From NCBI RefSeq assembly GCF_054482525.1, contig NZ_CM137006.1: 64,000 nt of DNA. One strand, written 5' to 3'. Position numbers and translations under genes: made by a program. The notes beneath the pieces were generated by a model, which saw only the letters and a program-made list of their open reading frames with translations, ran no database searches and was not told where the DNA came from. Position 1 is the stretch's first letter; each line of letters begins with the position of its first letter. Shown piece by piece: positions 1 through 10,323 of the stretch.

Positions 1-69
1 TGTGAAATTATTTTGTTTCCAATGATTTCAGGCGAAAACCTATCAATGCATCTGTTTTCAATAGGCAGC

Positions 70-105
70 CACCTTCCGTGATTAACATGTTAATCACGGA
101 AGGTG
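70..105. repeat. perfect 36-bp palindrome (18-bp arms, no spacer)
   Basis: caccttccgtgattaaca/tgttaatcacggaaggtg is identical to its own reverse complement. Confidence 0.8.
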
Positions 106-928
106 AAAAGCTATCAATAATCGATATTTTCACGGAATTACCACTTAATACATCCCAAAAAATGCGCCATAAAATACCGGGCAATCTTTCCTGATACACA
201 TTATCACTGCACCAGCTATACAGAGACAAAATAATCTGCACCAGCCCCTGTAAATCGGTTATCTGTGCCAGTGTCCCGCCGCTCTACCTGTTCAGGGTTG
301 TGCCAGTTTCTGGCCCTTTGGTTTTCGGCCCTTTCCGGTCAGGCGCTGTTACCCTTATTGCCCCTTAACCTTTATGACCCTTTCCCTTTCTGACGCAACC
401 AGTTTATTTTGAAATGCTCCATGACAGTCTGCACCAGACTGTATTTTCACCACAGGATAACGATCACAAAGTGCAAAAAAATAACATGAAGCACCGAAGA
501 TTGTTAATCTATATGTAGCAGGTAATGATGTCAAAAACTGTCGCAGCATTTTTTATAAAATTATGAGACATTCTGTGGGCATATAATATATGTCACAAGA
601 TGCAGGAAAACAAAGAGAGAGTTTTCAGATATAATCCTGCGTCAGAATTAATGTGATGCCCCGGTGAATTTACATTTTAAAATTTCCCAGTCCCGTAATA
701 TCGGTAAAAACGATTGAAACACCAGCTATTAATCGGGAACGTTTCGAGTGATTACAGGGTAATCACTATAATATCCCGGCAAACTATATTGGTTAAGCAG
801 GAGAATCTGATCAGTTGATATTTATTCGTCATGCTGTAACGATATTTTCACAATATAAACCCGTTCGCCCCCTGCGCCAGATCCGGTACAGAGGGTACGA
901 TAAATCGCTGTCGTTACGCAGTAACGTA

Positions 929-1645
929 CTATTTTGCGACATTCATGAATTCAGTCATTCCTCCCTCCAGCGGTAGCCGTACACCTGTTTCACCCAGCGA
1001 CCGCGACCGTCGCCATGACCCAGATCCGTCGCCGTCAGCGCCAGTGACTCCTTTTCGCTGAATCCCTGCGCCAGTATCCAGGACTGTCGTATAACGGGGA
1101 CGCCCGCCTTTGGTGCCAAATACCACTTTTAGCCGGGTTTCACCGCGGGAAATGGCTTTCAGCCACGTTTTCAGCGACTGTGAACTCTGTACCGCCTCCT
1201 GCGAACGCAGCCCCATCAGCCGCGCAATCTCCAGCGCTGCTGCCAGCCCTGCGTCCTGAGTACGGGCTTTCTCCATCACCTGCTGGTAATGTTCCGGCGT
1301 GATGGCGCGGCGCGTGCCGTTGCGCGAAGCGCCTGATACCCCTAATGCCTTATTGGTCAGACGCGGATGCTCCACCACCTGCCTGCGTCCAGCCTGTCTC
1401 AGCACGGCCCGCAACGCTGCCATTTCGTTTTGCAACGTTCGTAAACCAATATCCAGCTCCAGCCGTTCCTCAATGTAGCATTCGATATGGCGAACCTTGA
1501 TCTGCTCCACCCGCTGGATCTGGATATTCAGCGCCCGTAAATGTTCACTGAACCGTTTTGTAATATGGATACGGTCATTCACCGTTTTGAAGCTGCCGCC
1601 CGCTTTCTTCGCCAGCGCCTTCATTTCACTGCTTAATTTACTCAT
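929..1645 (-). pseudogene. tyrosine recombinase (integrase) remnant; about 175 N-terminal codons readable, rest out of frame or deleted
   Basis: Translation has integrase-like box-I motif (LAAALEIARLMGLRSQEA) and GTKGGRPR, then Gly/Arg-rich read-through; no continuing ORF in 550-929. Confidence 0.4.
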
Positions 1646-1929
1646 GAATCCCCCTGCAACAAAAACAAACAGTCTCCGGCGTGTGCTTTTTGGCTGCGCC
1701 AGAACGATACCTTTACGCCGGAGTGGTAGTTTGTTGAGGTTTAGGGAGTTTCAGGCTGTACGCAGTACAGACTGCCTGCGAAGCAGGAGTGTCTCCGGGG
1801 CTTCTTGCCCCCCTCGGTATCGATCTTTTTCTCCTTTACTCTTAGCTGACAGCGGCCCCAAAGGGCATGTCAGACGGCGGAAATATGGCGCAGGCCAGAA
1901 CTGGCGCGGCTTGTGGCGGTGAGTTGTGC

Positions 1930-1971
1930 GGCGTCACTTTGCTTTTTCGCTGGCGCGACCAAAGTGACGCC
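1930..1971. other. 12-bp perfect inverted repeat with 18-nt spacer
   Basis: ggcgtcactttg ... caaagtgacgcc read directly. Confidence 0.5.
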
Positions 1972-2411
1972 TCGTCTGGTGCAGGGGGTAAACGTTACGT
2001 TTCTGGTGCAGGGTGACGGTCACGCGGCAGCAAAGCCTGACGGCAATGCAGGCCGCAGCCCGTCAATGTAAGGCGCTGGTTGTCAGCAGAAGATAAAACC
2101 CGGCAAAGCCAGAGTGTCAGCCCGTAAAGCCGGGTATCTGGTGCAGTGATGGTGTATATGTACGTCAGTCTCAGATGCAGGTATTTTTGCATCCCCGGCG
2201 TTTTCAGAGATCAACGCCGGTAAAGGATGCCATGCTGGCGAAGCCAGGCGCTTCTTTCAGACGTGAAGCGACAAAGGGACTGCCCGGAGGCAGTTTGTTG
2301 CAGGCGGGAGACTGCGCCATTATTTCTGGTGCAGGAAGGAAAAACTGTTTCCGGGTTTAAAAGATTGTTTGCTTACCTGGTGACGGAAAAACTGCCGCGC
2401 TTCGCTTGTCT

Positions 2412-2455
2412 TCTCCCGGCGCGCTGCCAGCAAAAGCAGGCAGCGCGCCGGGAGA
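2412..2455. other. 17-bp perfect GC-rich inverted repeat with 10-nt loop, just beyond the Ner-like gene stop
   Basis: tctcccggcgcgctgcc / ggcagcgcgccgggaga read directly; about 40 nt 3' of the 2496-2750 gene on its coding strand. Confidence 0.5.
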
Positions 2456-2495
2456 GTCTGGTTTTACTGTAACAATGCGCCTGACGGTTCAGCCA

Positions 2496-2750
2496 TCAGG
2501 ATCGGCGTTTTTGCATGAGTCTTCCGGTACGGTTGCCCCGATCATCGATGTATCTGGACGGCCAGATAATTTCCGGTGATGTTTCCAGCGCATCCGCAAT
2601 CAGTTTTTCGCCGCGCGGCCTGGAGCGGGTCAGCGCATTTGCCAGCGTGGAAGACGCCAGCCCGGCCCTGCGGGAAACCTCAGCCAGCGATGTTCCCTTT
2701 TTTCTCAGGCCCGCGATAATATCGGCGGGGTGCCAGTCGGGTTGCATCAT
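2496..2750 (-). CDS. Ner/Nlp-family DNA-binding regulator
   Basis: Translation DWHPADIIAGLRKKGTSLAEVSRRAGLASSTLANAL...IWPSRY closely matches the Ner/Nlp (SfsB) helix-turn-helix family as recalled. Confidence 0.8.
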   Translation of the reverse strand: MMQPDWHPADIIAGLRKKGTSLAEVSRRAGLASSTLANALTRSRPRGEKLIADALETSPEIIWPSRYIDDRGNRTGRLMQKRRS

Positions 2751-2904
2751 GCTGGCCTCCCGTCGATAACCTGTATGCCGTCAGCAGTACATATCCAGCG
2801 TGGGGCGTTCAGATTGGCGGCAAAATACCAGACCAGTTCGCACAGCAGCCCGGTCAGCGTGGTTTCGGTTTCCGGCAGCAGCACGTGGCCGTTCAGTATC
2901 TGCG

Positions 2905-3207
2905 TCAGCGCCAGGCAGTAATCGCAGAGTGATCCTGCATCAGGCTCAAACCGGGTGAAACATCGGGAAGATCATTCGTAATAAACCCGTCAATCAGATG
3001 TGGTGGGATCGGCTCGTTCAGCGTGGGCCGTAACAGTGCAAGACAGGTATTAAGCCTGCCACAGAGCGCCGTTTTCAGCGCCGGATCGCAGCACTCGATG
3101 AGCGTTGTGGCAACGCGATCGCAGTACTCCGCCAGATCGGTGAAATCGGTAGCGGCACTAAAGGGAACAGCAAGTAAATTGCATTCAGAGGTGAGAGTAG
3201 TCGCCAT
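2905..3207 (-). CDS. hypothetical Cys-rich protein upstream of the Ner-like gene
   Basis: 100-codon ATG ORF on same strand as Ner-like gene; weak RBS; no family recognised. Confidence 0.3.
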   Translation of the reverse strand: MATTLTSECNLLAVPFSAATDFTDLAEYCDRVATTLIECCDPALKTALCGRLNTCLALLRPTLNEPIPPHLIDGFITNDLPDVSPGLSLMQDHSAITAWR

Positions 3208-3728
3208 AAGGCCGTCTACAGTGAGTGATAAATATTCCAGCCACTGGAGAGGCTAATCTCACGGGTGGTGGAACCGGACGGGGTTAGCCTTACCAGCCTC
3301 ACTGACACTGGCGCGTCTTTCGACGCCCCCGCCCGATCCCGCCATTGAGATGAGACCGTGCGCGACACACAAATATTGTATCGTTAGTGAGGATCTTCAG
3401 GAGGCTAATCCCGACGCCTGATTTTGCAGGCGCGGCGCAACAATACAATGTTCGGTAATTTGCAGCAAGAGGTTTAGCGGAAGCAGACGCACAGGAAAAT
3501 ACAATCACGCGATAAATATTAAATACAATTATATTTATATAAAATATATATTGAGCAATATGCAGACACTTTCCAGTAAATATCCTGTCAGTTATTTCGT
3601 CCCGTTGATATCAGTCAAAAAAATAAATGTAAAAAGAGCGTATTTCGTTTCATACAGTAACGTTATTTATCATTTTGTCCGGTGTCGCCAGCATCAGGCC
3701 AGATGAACCATAAAAAAGGATATCAGCG

Positions 3729-6700
3729 ATGAGCGGAAAACCGGCAGCACGTCAGGGCGATGCCACAATGAAAGGTGGCCCGATAGTCCAGGGGTCGGCA
3801 GGCGTGAGGATTGGCGCGCCAACCGGCGTGGCCTGTTCAGTGTGCCCTGGCGGATTCACTTCCGGTAACCCGGTGAATCCGCTGCTCGGTGCAAAAGTAC
3901 AGCCCGGCGAAACCGATTTCGCGCTGCCCGGCCCGTTACCGTTCGTGCTCTCCCGCACCTACAGCAGCTACCGGACGAAAACCCCTGCGCCCGTCGGTAT
4001 CTTCGGTCCTGGCTGGAAAGCACCCTTTGATATCCGCTTACAGATACGCGATAACGAACTGATACTCAATGATAACGGTGGCAGAAGCATTCATTTTGAG
4101 CACCTGTTTCCCGGTGAGGATGGCTTCAGCCGCAGCGAATTATTCTGGCTGGTGCGCAGCGGCGTGGCGAAACTGAATGAAAGTCACCGTCTTGCCCCAC
4201 TCTGGCAGGCTCTGCCGGAAGAACTCCGCATGAGTCCGCATATTTATCTGGCGACGAACAGTCCTCAGGGGCCGTGGTGGATACTCGGCTGGAGTGAGCG
4301 GGTACCGGGTGTGGATGAGGTGCTGCCTGCGCCATTGCCGCCGTACCGGGTGCTGACCGGCCTGGTGGACCGCTTCGGGCGTACCCTGACCTTCCGGCGT
4401 GAGGCAGTTGGCGAATTTACCGGGGAAATCACCGGCGTGACCGATGGCGCAGGCCGTCAGTTCCGCCTGGTGCTGACCACGCAGGCGCAGCGGGCGGAAG
4501 AGGCCCAGCAGCAGGCGGTTGCAGCCGGAGCAAAACGACCAGATATCCCGATTTCATTGCCGGACTATACAGAATATGGCCGGGATAACGGCATCCGCCT
4601 GTCAGCGGTGTGGCTGACGCATGACCCGGAATACCCGGAGAATTTACCTGCCGCGCCACTGGTGCGCTACGACTGGACGCCACGCGGTGAACTGGCGGCG
4701 GTGTATGACCGCAGCGGTACGCAGATGCGCCACTTTACTTACGATGATAAATACCGGGGCCGGATGGTGGCGCACCGTTACGCAGGCAGGCCGGAGATGC
4801 GTTACCGCTACGACGACATCGGGCGCGTGACGGAACAACGTAATCCGGCGGGTTTAAGCTACACCTATCAGTATGAGAAAAACCGCATCATCATCACCGA
4901 CAGCCTGAACCGGTGCGAGGTGCTGCATACAGAAGGCGAAGCCGGGCTGAAACGGGTGGTGAAAAAAGAGCACGCTGACGACAGCGTCACACAGAGTCAG
5001 TTCGATTCCATTGGCCGCCTTCAGTCACAGACGGATGCGGCAGGCCGGACGACAGAATACAGTCCGAATGTGGTGACGGGTCTCGTCACACGCATCACCA
5101 CGCCGGACGGCAGGAAATCGGAATTTTACTATAACAACCAGAACCAGTTAACCTCAGCATCCGGGCCTGACGGACTGGAAATGCGCAGGAAATATGATGA
5201 GTACGGGCGTCTGACGCAGGAAACCGCCCGCAACGGCGATATCACCCGCTACAGTTATGATAATCCGCACAGTGAATTACCCTCTGCAACTGAAGATGCG
5301 ACGGGTAGCCGCAAGCAGATGACGTGGAGCCGTTACGGGCAGTTACTGACCTTCACCGACTGCTCAGGCTACCAGACCCGTTATGAATACGACCGCTTTG
5401 GTCAGATGACGGCGGTCCACCGCGAGGAAGGTATCAGCCGTTACCGCCGCTATGACAACCGTGGCCGGTTAACCTCGGTGAAAGACGCACAGGGCCATGA
5501 AACGCGGTATGAGTACAACGCCGCAGGCGACCTGACTGCCGTTATCACCCCGGACGGCAACCGGAGCGAGACACAGTACGATGCGTGGGGAAAGGCGGTC
5601 AGCACCACACAGGACGGGCTGACGCGCAGTATGGAGTATGACGCGGCAGGACGTGTCATCAGCCTGACCAACGAGAACGGCAGTCACAGCGACTTCAGCT
5701 ACGATGCGCTGGACCGGCTGGTACAGCAGCGCGGCTTTGACGGGCGGACGCAACGTTACCGTTACGACCTGACCGGGAAACTCACGCAGAACGGGGATGA
5801 GGGGCTTGTCACCCTCTGGCACTACGACGAATCGGACCGTATCACACACCGCACGGTGAACGGCGAACCGGCAGAGCAGTGGCGGTATAACGCCCACGGC
5901 TGGCTGAAAGAAATCAGCCACCTGAGCGAAGGTCACCGGGTGGCGGTGCATTACGGCTATAACCGTAAGGGACGTCTCACCGGCGAGCGCCAGACGGTGC
6001 ATAACCCTGAGACGGGGGAACTGCTCTGGCTGCATGAGACAAAACACGCCTACAACGAACAGGGTCTGGCAAACCGCGTCACGCCGGACTGCCTGCCTGC
6101 TGTGGAGTGGCTGACCTACGGCAGCGGTTACCTGGCGGGGATGAAGCTGGGCGACACGCCGCTGCTGGAGTACGCGCGCGACCGCCTGCACAGAGAAACG
6201 GTGCGCAGCTTTGGCAGCATGGCAGGCAGTAATGCCGCATACGAACTGACCAGCACATACACCCCTGCAGGCCAGTTACAGAGCCAGCACCTGAACAGCC
6301 TGGTGTATGACCGTGACTACGGGTGGAATGACAACGGCGACCTTGTGCGCATCAGCGGCCCGCGACAGACGCGGGAATACGGCTACAGTGCCACGGGCAG
6401 GCTGGCGAGTGTACGCACCCTCGCACCGGACCTGGATATCAGCATCCCGTATGCCACCGACCCGGCGGGAAACCGGCTGCCGGACCCGGAGCTGCACCCG
6501 GACAGTACACTCACGGCGTGGCCGGATAACCGCATCGCCGAAGACGCGCATTACCTGTACCGTTACGATGAATACGGCAGGCTGACGGAGAAGACGGACC
6601 GCATCCCGGCGGGTGTGATACGGACGGACGACGAGCGGACCCACCACTACCACTACGACAGCCAGCACCGTCTGGTGTTCTACACGCGGATACAGCATGG

Positions 6701-7910
6701 CGAGCCACTGGTCGAGAGCCGCTACCTCTACGACCCGCTGGGACGGCGAATGGCGAAAAGGGTATGGCGGCGGGAGCGTGACCTGACGGGGTGGATGTCG
6801 CTGTCGCGTAAACCGGAGGAGACATGGTACGGGTGGGACGGCGACAGGCTGACGACGGTGCAGACTAACACCACGCGTATCCAGACGGTGTACCAGCCGG
6901 GAAGCTTCACACCGCTCATCCGCATCGAAACAGACGTGACCGAACTGGAGAAAGCGCAGCGGCGAAGCCTGGCGGAGAAGTTACAGCAGGAAGGGAGTAA
7001 AGATGGTCACGGCGTGGTGTTCCCGCCTGAACTGGTGCGGCTGCTGGACAGGCTGGAGGGGGAAATCCGGGCAGACCGTGTGAGTGACGAAAGCCGGGCG
7101 TGGCTTGCGCAGTGCGGGCTGACGGTGGAGCGGCTGGCGGCACAGATCGAGCCAGTTTATTTGCCTGAGCGAAAAATACATCTTTATCACTGCGACCACC
7201 GGGGACTGCCGCTGGCGCTTATCAGTACTGAAGGTGCAACGGAATGGCGTGGGGAGTATGACGAGTGGGGGAATCAGCTTAATGAGGAGAACCCGCATCA
7301 TCTGTTCCAGCCATACCGCCTGCCGGGGCAGCAGTACGATGATGAATCGGGGCTGTGCTATAATCGTTATCGTTACTACGAGCCGTTACAAGGGAGGTAT
7401 ATTACACAGGACCCGATTGGGTTAAATGGGGGGTGGAATTTATATAAATATCCGCTGAATCCAATAAATTATGCAGATCCTCTTGGCTTAGCCGTAGATA
7501 TAAACCACTTCCCAGTCAACGAAGACATACGAAATTATGCAGAGAAAGTTTGGAATAATCCTAATATCATTACAATTGGAACACATGGTGATCCTCAATC
7601 AGTATATGATGAAAATTATAATAAGATAGATGTCAAGACATTAGCTAATGAGGTTCGAAATCATCCTAAATTTAAACCTGGAATGTCAGTAAGACTGTTA
7701 TCCTGTAATACAGGAAAAGGAAATAACTCTTATGCACAGCAATTGGCAGATGAACTAGGTGTGAGAGTCTATGCTCCTGACCAATATGACTGGTACTATT
7801 CAAATGGTAAGGTAGAGCCTTGGGGAGGATTTTATGATGCAAACAATCAATTGCAAATGGACACGAATCAGCCTGGACATGAGTTTACATTCAAGCGAAG
7901 GAGACCATAG
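3729..7910 (+). CDS. rhs: Rhs family polymorphic toxin (YD-repeat shell, DPxGL boundary, variable C-terminal tip)
   Basis: 1393-aa ORF with many YD/RHS repeats (YDxxGR..., RYxYD...), conserved core end ...[19 protein letters not shown]...ADPLGL, AT-rich upstream leader and RBS. Confidence 0.95.
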   Translation: MSGKPAARQGDATMKGGPIVQGSAGVRIGAPTGVACSVCPGGFTSGNPVNPLLGAKVQPGETDFALPGPLPFVLSRTYSSYRTKTPAPVGIFGPGWKAPFDIRLQIRDNELILNDNGGRSIHFEHLFPGEDGFSRSELFWLVRSGVAKLNESHRLAPLWQALPEELRMSPHIYLATNSPQGPWWILGWSERVPGVDEVLPAPLPPYRVLTGLVDRFGRTLTFRREAVGEFTGEITGVTDGAGRQFRLVLTTQAQRAEEAQQQAVAAGAKRPDIPISLPDYTEYGRDNGIRLSAVWLTHDPEYPENLPAAPLVRYDWTPRGELAAVYDRSGTQMRHFTYDDKYRGRMVAHRYAGRPEMRYRYDDIGRVTEQRNPAGLSYTYQYEKNRIIITDSLNRCEVLHTEGEAGLKRVVKKEHADDSVTQSQFDSIGRLQSQTDAAGRTTEYSPNVVTGLVTRITTPDGRKSEFYYNNQNQLTSASGPDGLEMRRKYDEYGRLTQETARNGDITRYSYDNPHSELPSATEDATGSRKQMTWSRYGQLLTFTDCSGYQTRYEYDRFGQMTAVHREEGISRYRRYDNRGRLTSVKDAQGHETRYEYNAAGDLTAVITPDGNRSETQYDAWGKAVSTTQDGLTRSMEYDAAGRVISLTNENGSHSDFSYDALDRLVQQRGFDGRTQRYRYDLTGKLTQNGDEGLVTLWHYDESDRITHRTVNGEPAEQWRYNAHGWLKEISHLSEGHRVAVHYGYNRKGRLTGERQTVHNPETGELLWLHETKHAYNEQGLANRVTPDCLPAVEWLTYGSGYLAGMKLGDTPLLEYARDRLHRETVRSFGSMAGSNAAYELTSTYTPAGQLQSQHLNSLVYDRDYGWNDNGDLVRISGPRQTREYGYSATGRLASVRTLAPDLDISIPYATDPAGNRLPDPELHPDSTLTAWPDNRIAEDAHYLYRYDEYGRLTEKTDRIPAGVIRTDDERTHHYHYDSQHRLVFYTRIQHGEPLVESRYLYDPLGRRMAKRVWRRERDLTGWMSLSRKPEETWYGWDGDRLTTVQTNTTRIQTVYQPGSFTPLIRIETDVTELEKAQRRSLAEKLQQEGSKDGHGVVFPPELVRLLDRLEGEIRADRVSDESRAWLAQCGLTVERLAAQIEPVYLPERKIHLYHCDHRGLPLALISTEGATEWRGEYDEWGNQLNEENPHHLFQPYRLPGQQYDDESGLCYNRYRYYEPLQGRYITQDPIGLNGGWNLYKYPLNPINYADPLGLAVDINHFPVNEDIRNYAEKVWNNPNIITIGTHGDPQSVYDENYNKIDVKTLANEVRNHPKFKPGMSVRLLSCNTGKGNNSYAQQLADELGVRVYAPDQYDWYYSNGKVEPWGGFYDANNQLQMDTNQPGHEFTFKRRRP
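7491..7910 (+). other. Rhs variable C-terminal toxin domain (about 139 codons), family not recognised
   Basis: Begins after DPLGL; sharp drop in GC and change in codon usage from about 7440; contains [10 protein letters not shown] and VRLLSCNTG motifs. Confidence 0.6.
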
Positions 7911-7912
7911 GT

Positions 7913-8515
7913 ATGAGGTATTTTCTCTTTATATTTATAACAATTCCCCTTATCTCTGGAGGTCATATGAGTAATGATAGCGAAAAGATAATATCAACAT
8001 ATTCGCTCAATTTTTTATCACCAGATGATGTGAGGAAGGAAGAACTTAAGGCATCACAAGGTGATAGTGATGCTGCATTTAAATTGTACAAATATTACCT
8101 TTTTTGCGAGCCAAAATCATACAGAAAACAGCACGAATGGTTAATAATATCGGCAAATAATGGAAATGCTATAGCTCAATATAACTTATCAAGAGAACTT
8201 GAGTCAGAAGGAAAAGTAGATGAATCAATACAATGGCTGAAAAAATCAGCGGAACATGGTAATAATTACGCACAATATCAGATGTCAAAATATTTATTAA
8301 AAATAGGTGATATTAGAGGATCGGAATATTATCTAAACTTATCTGCGGATAACGGATGTGTATTTGCAATAAAAGATATTATCAAAAATATGATGGGTAG
8401 TGGAAGGTACGATGACGCCCTCATTTGGGTTGAAAAATTGAAAAAATTGTATCCTGACACAAATACCGAACTTTACATACAAAAAATAACGCAGAAAAAA
8501 AAGCAATCCAAATAA
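7913..8515 (+). CDS. Sel1/TPR-like repeat protein, candidate Rhs immunity protein (alternative start about 7967 behind GGAGG)
   Basis: Starts 3 nt after rhs stop; AT-rich like the toxin tip; Sel1-like repeats (AQYNLSRELESEGKVDESIQWLKKSAEHGNNYAQYQM). Confidence 0.6.
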   Translation: MRYFLFIFITIPLISGGHMSNDSEKIISTYSLNFLSPDDVRKEELKASQGDSDAAFKLYKYYLFCEPKSYRKQHEWLIISANNGNAIAQYNLSRELESEGKVDESIQWLKKSAEHGNNYAQYQMSKYLLKIGDIRGSEYYLNLSADNGCVFAIKDIIKNMMGSGRYDDALIWVEKLKKLYPDTNTELYIQKITQKKKQSK

Positions 8516-8800
8516 TAATTATATATAATTACTCGCACAGAGTTACAGTATTGCAAGAAATATATCTAGCATATAAAGTCGCCGCCAGTAAAGATAAAGT
8601 ACTGTGTAATCCTTCCTCCCATATAGGGGTAAAAACTTAGCATCTAGTGCTCTCGACTTAATTTTTAGTATTTTCTCTGTGAAGTGACACTTCGTAGGAT
8701 TCAGTTCATGTTTACCAGAAAAAAGGTGGTCAATCTGGTGGTCTTGACAATCTCGATTTTTTTTAGCTTTCCAATCAGCCAGTTAATGGCTACGACGATC

Positions 8801-8816
8801 CCAGTCAGAGGAGCCA
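8801..8816 (+). repeat. 16-nt copy of the tRNA-Asn 3' end (CCAGTCAGAGGAGCCA); att-like island junction
   Basis: Identical to the 3' terminal 16 nt of the intact tRNA-Asn at 24060-24135; no upstream tRNA body. Confidence 0.55.
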
Positions 8817-8877
8817 AATTTTAGTTTTGAGACATTTCTATGAGTCTCAAGACAGTTAAAAAATAAAAATTATTTTT

Positions 8878-8914
8878 ACCCGGTTACCTTGTAAAAAAGT
8901 GACCGGGTTTTTTG
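8878..8914 (+). terminator. rho-independent terminator-like hairpin (7-bp stem plus T6)
   Basis: acccggt...accgggt followed by ttttttg. Confidence 0.4.
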
Positions 8915-9265
8915 ATTTCTGTGTTTCGTGCGCTTAATCGAGTCTCACGCTTCTGTGAGCAAATTGCCCCCCAACAGACATCACGATTCGCAAGGTCAAA
9001 AAATTCGTTCCGTGAAGTACCATACAAAGGTATAGAGAAAAATGCCTTATGCGGGATGTTGCTGTCGCGTTTTTATCAGGAAACTAAACGTAATTGCCAC
9101 TTTGTCTTCTGTAATCAGAAAAAGAAAACCTGGAATTTTAATAAATATTATTTCTCTGGGGTCGGTATTTTTATAATCAATATGACGAGTTGAATATTAT
9201 ATTTTTTATAAGAATATATGAGATTAAAGAAATCTGCCATAAAGACAGATTCCTTTAAAATATAA

Positions 9266-9982
9266 TTAGAGATTTGCGACGTTATGATAAACTTTTTGAA
9301 CATCGTCGTCATCTTCAAGGGCATCAACAAGCCCTTCAAAGATTTCTAAATCTTCTGGGGAAAGCTCAACTTCAGATTGAGCAATCATTTCTAATTCTGT
9401 TGTTGAGAACTCAGTGATTCCAGCTGCTTTTAGAGCCGCGATTCCTTTATGAAGGTCAGTAGGTTCAGTATAAATAACAATATTACCTTCTTCTTCAGTT
9501 ACATCACGAACATCAACTTCAGCTTCAAGTAAAATTTCAAAAATATGGTCAGGGTCTGTTCCTTTAAATACAATCACACCCGTATTGTCAAACATATAGC
9601 TGACAGAACCTGCCGCTCCGATATTGCCGCCTTTTTTATTGAAAATTGTGCGAACGTTAGCAATCGTACGGTTAACATTTGAAGTTAATGTCTCAGCGAT
9701 AATCATTGAGCCATTAGGACCAAAGCCTTCATAACGTCCCTGCACGAACGTTTCATCTCCGCCGCCTTTGGCTTTATCAATTGCTTTATCAATAACGTGC
9801 TTTGGAACTTGTGCTTGTTTTGCACGTTCAATAACGAATTTTAAAGATGTGTTTAATTCTGGATCGGGTTCACCTTGTTTGGCAGCAGCATAGATTTCTA
9901 CACCGAATTTTGCATAAATTTTAGACGTTGCACCGTCTTTAGCCGTTTTTTTAGCAACAATATTGGCCCATTTACGTCCCAC
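9266..9982 (-). CDS. yeeN: YebC/PmpR-family transcriptional regulator YeeN
   Basis: 238-aa translation [12 protein letters not shown]... typical of the YebC/YeeN family; position next to amn. Confidence 0.9.
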
Positions 9983-10323
9983 TGGAATGATCTCCTCGAA
10001 AATTTATTTACATTACTGGTAAATCGTTAACATGTGTTAATTCGGCATATTATATCATAACAGGAAAAATCTCGTCTATTAGAAATAAAAATATTCTAAA
10101 GCCATAATATTATATTTAATCTCATAAAAACTAATGTTGTTGGCGGGATTTTTTATAATTGTGTTTTGAAAGCATACTTGCTTTTAATATGTGGAAATCA
10201 TTAAGGCTATAATAAAACTCGTATCCGCCCCAGGAAGCAAACAGCCTGCTTTATTGCAGGCTATTTGCTGGATGACTTACTAAATCCTTCACATCTATTC
10301 CTGATAAAAAGGAACAGAACTTA

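Noticed and set aside
355..549. 64-codon minus-strand ORF near the left edge (and the 8-241 ORF)
   Set aside because: No RBS, no recognisable family, and they span regions of shifting composition; more likely non-coding island remnant.
1497..2472. Plus-strand ORFs of 61-141 codons in the GC-rich stretch around the integrase remnant
   Set aside because: Antisense to the integrase remnant or in GC-rich non-coding DNA; Arg/Ser/Cys-rich translations, no RBS.
5469..6191. 240-codon minus-strand ORF inside rhs, plus other internal rhs ORFs
   Set aside because: Antisense or out-of-frame artefacts of a GC-rich, repeat-containing coding region; no RBS and junk-like composition.
8912..9339. 93-codon plus-strand and 63-codon minus-strand ORFs between the att remnant and yeeN
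   Set aside because: AT-rich spacer, no RBS, low-complexity translations; one overlaps the yeeN 3' end.
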